Shown: in pieces, positions 56,857 through 64,000 of the stretch
Layout of the letters: the number at the start of each line of letters is the position of its first letter
Position numbering within the stretch: position 1 is the stretch's first letter
DNA from: the human T2T-CHM13v2.0 reference genome, Homo sapiens
Assembly: GCF_009914755.1 (NCBI RefSeq)
Contig: NC_060934.1
DNA: 64,000 nt
Strand: one strand, 5' to 3'
Notes under the pieces: generated by a model
The model's database searches: none
Seen by the model: only the letters and a program-made list of their open reading frames with translations
What the model was told of the DNA's origin: nothing
Translations under genes and position numbers: made by a program

Positions 56857-58959
56857 CCAGGTTCCTCTTGTAAAGAAACTTATGAAGTAGATGAAACAAA
56901 CATTTAGACAATTAACTACTCACTACAAAGCTGAGGGAGATAAGTGGGGACAAAATGTGTCACTGAAATCACAAGGAGCAAAGGCCCAACTTGGGAGAAT
57001 CAGCAAAGACTTTAAAGAGAGCAACAGATATTCAAGGGGCCACCTGTGGCACTTGTGGCCACACTGGCATTCATAAATGATGACAGAGCAAAGGCCCGTC
57101 ATGAACTAGTCTAAGCTTTCAACTTCTCTACAACCCTGCTAGCTTTGCTAAATCTCTCAGCTGTCATTCCTCAACTCCCAACTCTGCTACTAACCTCAAA
57201 GGAAACCATCATCAACACAGTTCTTCTCTGGTACATTGCATATCAGAAGAATGTAAATGGCAGAGAAGGATAAGAATCCCCACATACAGAAGATTCTCAC
57301 ACATCAGAGGTGTTTAATTCATAATCAACTGGCTAAGAAGCAAAGCTCTCTGGAGTCCTGGGCAACATGTAATGACAGTGGCAATGGATAATGGCTATTC
57401 GTTTTTAGCCTTTTCTCCAACTCCCCATCTACTATACAGAGCATCCAGGCAAATATAGCAGAAAAAAAGACCAGCCACTCCCTAGCATAGCAGGCAGAAA
57501 CTAACACACAGGAAAAGGCACCAAATTGAATGGGCAGCCATGTAGTTGCAAGAGAGAGACTGCCAAGGTTTTAGGACCAAGAGCTGTTTTCTGGGCTTTG
57601 GTCTCATGCTGCATAGGTCAGAAGATTCTGTTGATGGCTAGTCAGGAAAAATAAAACCTGACTGCAAAACTAGAAAAGACAATACATACATCATTTCTTC
57701 ATATCCTCTTTTGCAAACAGTATTGAACTATCACCAGGTGCCAGGGAATCTTAAAAATTCAGTGTTTTCACTTAATATGAGAACATTAATTCTACTTACT
57801 AAAGATAATATTAGAGATAAGGTGGGTTAAAAAGTCCAAATATCACAAAGAGGAGGTCTCAGCAGGTTCTTTCAAACCTCCTCTCTTACCAAGTTAAATA
57901 CTGGTACAGATATCCACAAAGATCATAAGCATATTGAACACCCTGCAGTCAGAGTACTCCATCTATGTATATATTGTATTATGTACACATCAAAAAGGCC
58001 TGGTGATAGGGAATGCCCAGTGAGTTGGGGCTTTCTCTTATTCCTTGCCTCAAGAAGGCCTCCTGGCTGACTCCATTTTTCCTTCACATCACTGCCCACC
58101 CTCTGCAATCTTCAACATCAAATCCAGTTTTGCATTGACCTTGGGCATCCAAAGAAAAGGCGGTTGTCTCCCTATAGCAGCTGAGCAGCTCCCACAAAAG
58201 CACGCAGATTTTCACTTAGGCCCATCTCACAGCCATAAAATATCTACACTGGCAGTAGATAGAGTAAAAACAACTGGGAGTCACAAGTAAAAGCCTGCTA
58301 CAAATACTATTATCAAGAGAAATATCTATAAACAATTTCTCCTTTCCCAGGAAATGGTCCATAACAGTTTACCAATTTCTTTAGGATGGCTCTTTTACTA
58401 TAAATAATCCTGTGTCAAAACAATTATCTTTACTCTGAGGTCACCAAGCTGCCATTTTCTGTAATGGCAATATTCTCTCAGCACTGTAGATAAGAGACAT
58501 GGCTAAACTCCCCCCAACCCCCCAAAATCTGGGCTGTAGTTCAACAATTTCTTCTAACTCTACTTCCCACTTTAGGCCTTCCAACCAAAACAGAATTCAC
58601 CGGAAACACCCAAAATCACTCTTGAAAACAACTTTATGATATCTTCACCTGCTAAAACACCTTCTGATACTTCAAGGTCAAGCAAACCCAGATGACAACA
58701 GAAATCAGAGGATTTTTTAAAATCAGGAAGAATCTTTCGAACATATTTCCCTTTTGATCTTGAAAAATTTAAAGTCAAAGTAAACAAAGTAGAAAAAGAT
58801 CCCTTCAAGAATAACAAGGTCAATGTGAGGCGGAAATCCAATCAATGATTTACTAAAAGGTAAATTGCACATGGTACTAGGAAGTGTTCTGGACTAGGAG
58901 ACAGAAGGTCTAGATTCGGGTACAAGTCCTAACATTTAGTAGCTATGTGATAATAACAG

Positions 58960-59185
58960 CTAATAGCTAACATTTGTTGAGATTTACTATGCACCAGACA
59001 CTGTTCTAAGTGCCTTGTGGACATTAACTCATTTCATCTTCACACACACCCTATGTGGTAAGCCCTATTTTGAATTCTGCTTTATATTTAAGGAAATTAC
59101 ACAGAGTGATTAAGCGACTTGTTCAAGATCACCCAGTAAGTGGTGGAACCATGAACTTGAATATTAACATTTCTGAATCCTGGCT
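58960..59185 (-). mobile_element. MIR
   Basis: TAATAGCTAACATTTGTTGAG...CACTGTTCTAAGTGC...TTAAGCGACTTGTTCAAGATCAC. Confidence 0.7.
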
Positions 59186-59414
59186 CTCTTCTCTGTCAAA
59201 TGAAGAAACCAAATATTTGTCCCAATTACCTTACAGAGATGTAGGTTGTAAGATAACGTATAAAAAGGTGTTTCATAAACTAGGAAGTCATGTGAGTATT
59301 GATTTTTCTTTTACTGCATTTTCAATTATTTCTGTAATAGATAAAATTAAAGTTGAGTTTTTGCATATGGTCTCATTACAAACATTAGAATTCAAATTAA
59401 TAATATGCACTTTC

Positions 59415-60689
59415 AGCCGGCAGAGCCGCCTGGCAGCTCCTCCTCTTCTCCGCCCCGGCGGCCGCGGGCGCGGGGGACGTCAGCGCTGCCAGTGTGGAAA
59501 GAGCTGCGGGGCGCGGGAGGAGGAAGTAGAGCCCGGGACCGCCGGGCCACCACCGACCGCCTCAGCCATGGACGCGTCCCTGGAGAAGGGAGTCTCGGTC
59601 TCTTGCCCAGGCGGGAGTGCAGTGAGGCGATCTCGGATCCCTGCAACCTCCGCCTCCCGGATTCAAGTGATTCTCCTGCCTCAGCCTCCCGAGCAGCTGT
59701 GACTACAGGCGTGTGACACCACACGCGACTAATTTTTGTATTCCCAGTAGAGATGGGGTTTCACCACGTTGGTCAGGATGGTCTCAAACACCTGACCTTG
59801 TGATCCTTCAGCCTCAGCCTCCCACAGTGCTGGGATTACAGGCGTAAGCCACTGCACCTGGCCGGGACTTAGATTTATATTCCCTGAAGTAATACAGGGC
59901 CTTAGATGGAATGAACGATTTATATTGGTGCTAATTGGGCGGAAAAGAAAAAGCATTGCTGTAATATGAATGTTGATGACTTTATGTTCTGAAAAATAGT
60001 CTGGGTCAAAGTGAAACATTTAATTGTGTTCATTATTCCTGTTTCTTTGAGGAATAGACTATCCTGCGTTAAATTCTACATTGTTAATATAAACTCAAGA
60101 GCTATGTGAGCAGTTGTAAATGATCCCATTTAAACTGATTGTTGCGTAATTTATACTGATTACAGAAACCACAATGTTATTTGATGCTCACCCTCTAAAA
60201 TTTAAAATAATATCTCTCACTTTAAAATGTATGTGAAAAAACAAAAAAAAATTTAGTATGCGATCATCATTTAGTAGAATCACTCAGTGATTTGGATTTG
60301 GTCCAAATATAATTCTGTCCCTTGCTTTTTCTGTTATGTAAACGTGCAGACCTGTGATAACAGAGCCATTTTCTCGTCACGATTTGCTTTTCTTCCACAA
60401 CAGTATCAGTTTTCTTGTATCTGAGATCAGTGATGTCCCAATAAATCAGATGGGTTAATTGAGGAGGCAAAGGAAATTCAAACTTAGGAGAGTAGGAGTA
60501 GGGGCTTTGCCTCTGCCCCCCACTGTATGTCCAAGGCATAAGGAACAAGGCCCTGTAGCAGAGTCTCACAGTGTGTACTTATGTTAATATTCAATAAGGA
60601 AAATGCCACAGGAAGTAATCACTATAATGATGAAGATTTTAAGTTATTAAACACACCTTCCAGTAAAAAAAAAAAATAATAATAATAAT
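59415..60689 (+). pseudogene. Processed retrocopy of a short PDXDC1-family transcript: GC-rich 5'UTR + MDASLEK exon, antisense Alu, unique 3' sequence, poly(A)
   Basis: 16-17 nt TSD (T)AATAATATGCACTTTC at 59399-59414 and 60690-60705; ATTAAA at 60646-60651 followed 13 nt later by A12(TAA)n; ATG GAC GCG TCC CTG GAG AAG at 59568-59588 matches the recalled PDXDC1 N-terminus MDASLEKIADP. Confidence 0.82.
59589..59863 (-). mobile_element. Alu carried inside the retrocopy, lacking its poly(A) end
   Basis: Antisense Alu sequence starts at GGAGTCTC immediately after ...GAGAAG, with no T-tract and no TSD of its own. Confidence 0.9.
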
Positions 60690-61433
60690 AATAATATGCA
60701 CTTTCTATTTTGCATTTGCAAGCATTTGGTGAATAAAGAGAAGTAACCTAGATACTGAAGAAAAGCCCTAATTAAAGTTACTTGAATGACAGGCTGAATA
60801 TTACTGCAAACAAACAATAAAGTGACTGAATATCTGCTTTCATATATGATTAGCCATTTCCCCCACAAGAATGTCAGATGTAGTATTATTTTCTGATTTT
60901 AATATATTTTAAAGTAAAAACCAATTATGCCTATAAACAGAGCTTCTCTATTAGTTTGAAAGGTATTAAAAAAAAAAAACTTGGCCAAAAAATTATCAAC
61001 TTCCTCTGCTCTCTCTTGCCCTCGGACCCAGTAACAGATAATATGATTATAAAACTCTTCCAGTTTCAGAAATGGTAACCTGAGGAGTATGTGGGGGCTT
61101 CAGTGATGTGGCAAGCTATGAGAGGCCCTCAGCTCCAAGCCAGTCTATGAAAGCAGACAGGGCTCTGGAGGGAACAGGAACAGTTCCTAGTCACTGTCAC
61201 CAACACAACCCTGAGTTACAGGTAGAATGGATGGCCGAAAATTCCTTGCTTTCCCACTGATGCCAAACAGGTTGGGGAAGAAGGGTAGAACACTGAGGGA
61301 TTTTTTTCAACAATCCTAAATTGATCAATGCAATTTTCTGGGAGAAAAAGGAACACCAAGGTTTGGGAAGGAACTTAATTAGGATAATTCCATTTCATTG
61401 GCCAGGTGTGTGAAGTGTAAATTTAATTAAAAT

Positions 61434-62040
<607 letters not shown>

Positions 62041-62224
62041 TAGTGATTTTTTTCTTTTAATACCTGAGAACACATTAAGTATAACAACCTCCAAAATGTT
62101 CTTGGCTACCTTTCAAAAACAAAGCTTCCTGATCTCTTAAATACATAATTTTTCATGTTTTTTTTTTAATATTTGATACCTAGTACAAATTATCAACAAC
62201 TCTACTACCACAACTATCAGGTAC

Positions 62225-62440
62225 TAAATGCTCACAATGTTCTAGGCACTTTGCTAATAAATATTTTACATGTTAGCTCATTTTATCCTCACAGTAACTC
62301 TATGAGGTAAATACAGTTGTTATTATTACCATTTTACAGATGAGGAAAATGAAGCTTGGAGAGGTTAAGGGAATTCTCAAATTAAAACCCAGGAATGAAA
62401 TCTGGAATTAAACCAGATCAGTTTCCAGAGCCCATTAATT
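62225..62440 (-). mobile_element. MIR
   Basis: CCATTTTACAGATGAGGAAAATGAAGCT core. Confidence 0.7.
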
Positions 62441-62479
62441 TATACTACCTCATCTAAAAATGGCAAGATAAACTTTTAA

Positions 62480-62884
<405 letters not shown>

Positions 62885-63057
62885 TAGTCCTATAATTTAA
62901 GGCCTATGTAGATATAATTGCTACAAAGCCCACAAAAACTATATTAAAGGATATTCTATAAAACAATGGGCATGAACTCTTCTAATGATATAAAAGACAA
63001 AAAGCCTAGGGAACTGTCTAAATTAAAGGAGATTAAAGAGATGTAACAACTGAATGT

Positions 63058-64000
<943 letters not shown>

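Noticed and set aside
59055-59702. 215-aa plus-strand ORF
   Set aside because: Starts at a non-ATG codon in MIR sequence and runs through the retrocopy 5'UTR and Alu; only MDASLEK is of genic origin.

Overview
Primate, almost certainly human, genomic DNA lying inside the 3' half of CPEB3, which is transcribed on the minus strand. Three coding exons are present (55487-55605, 36240-36354, 25736-25917). They have canonical AG/GT boundaries and matching phases, and encode the end of RRM1 and most of RRM2; the flanking exons lie outside the window. The rest is intronic: about 58 Alu/FLAM copies, an old, internally deleted L1M element riddled with Alus, ancient L2/MIR/L3/hAT/Tigger fragments and microsatellites. 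Two processed retrocopies lie antisense to CPEB3. One is an SDHC pseudogene (63058 to the window end). The other, the most unusual item here, is a ~1.27 kb TSD-flanked, polyadenylated retrocopy of what appears to be PDXDC1 exon 1 joined to an Alu-derived terminal exon (59415-60689), i.e. a fossil of a short alternative transcript. I did not find the known CPEB3 HDV-like ribozyme. Gene and repeat-family names come from recalled sequence, not database searches, and repeat boundaries are approximate.
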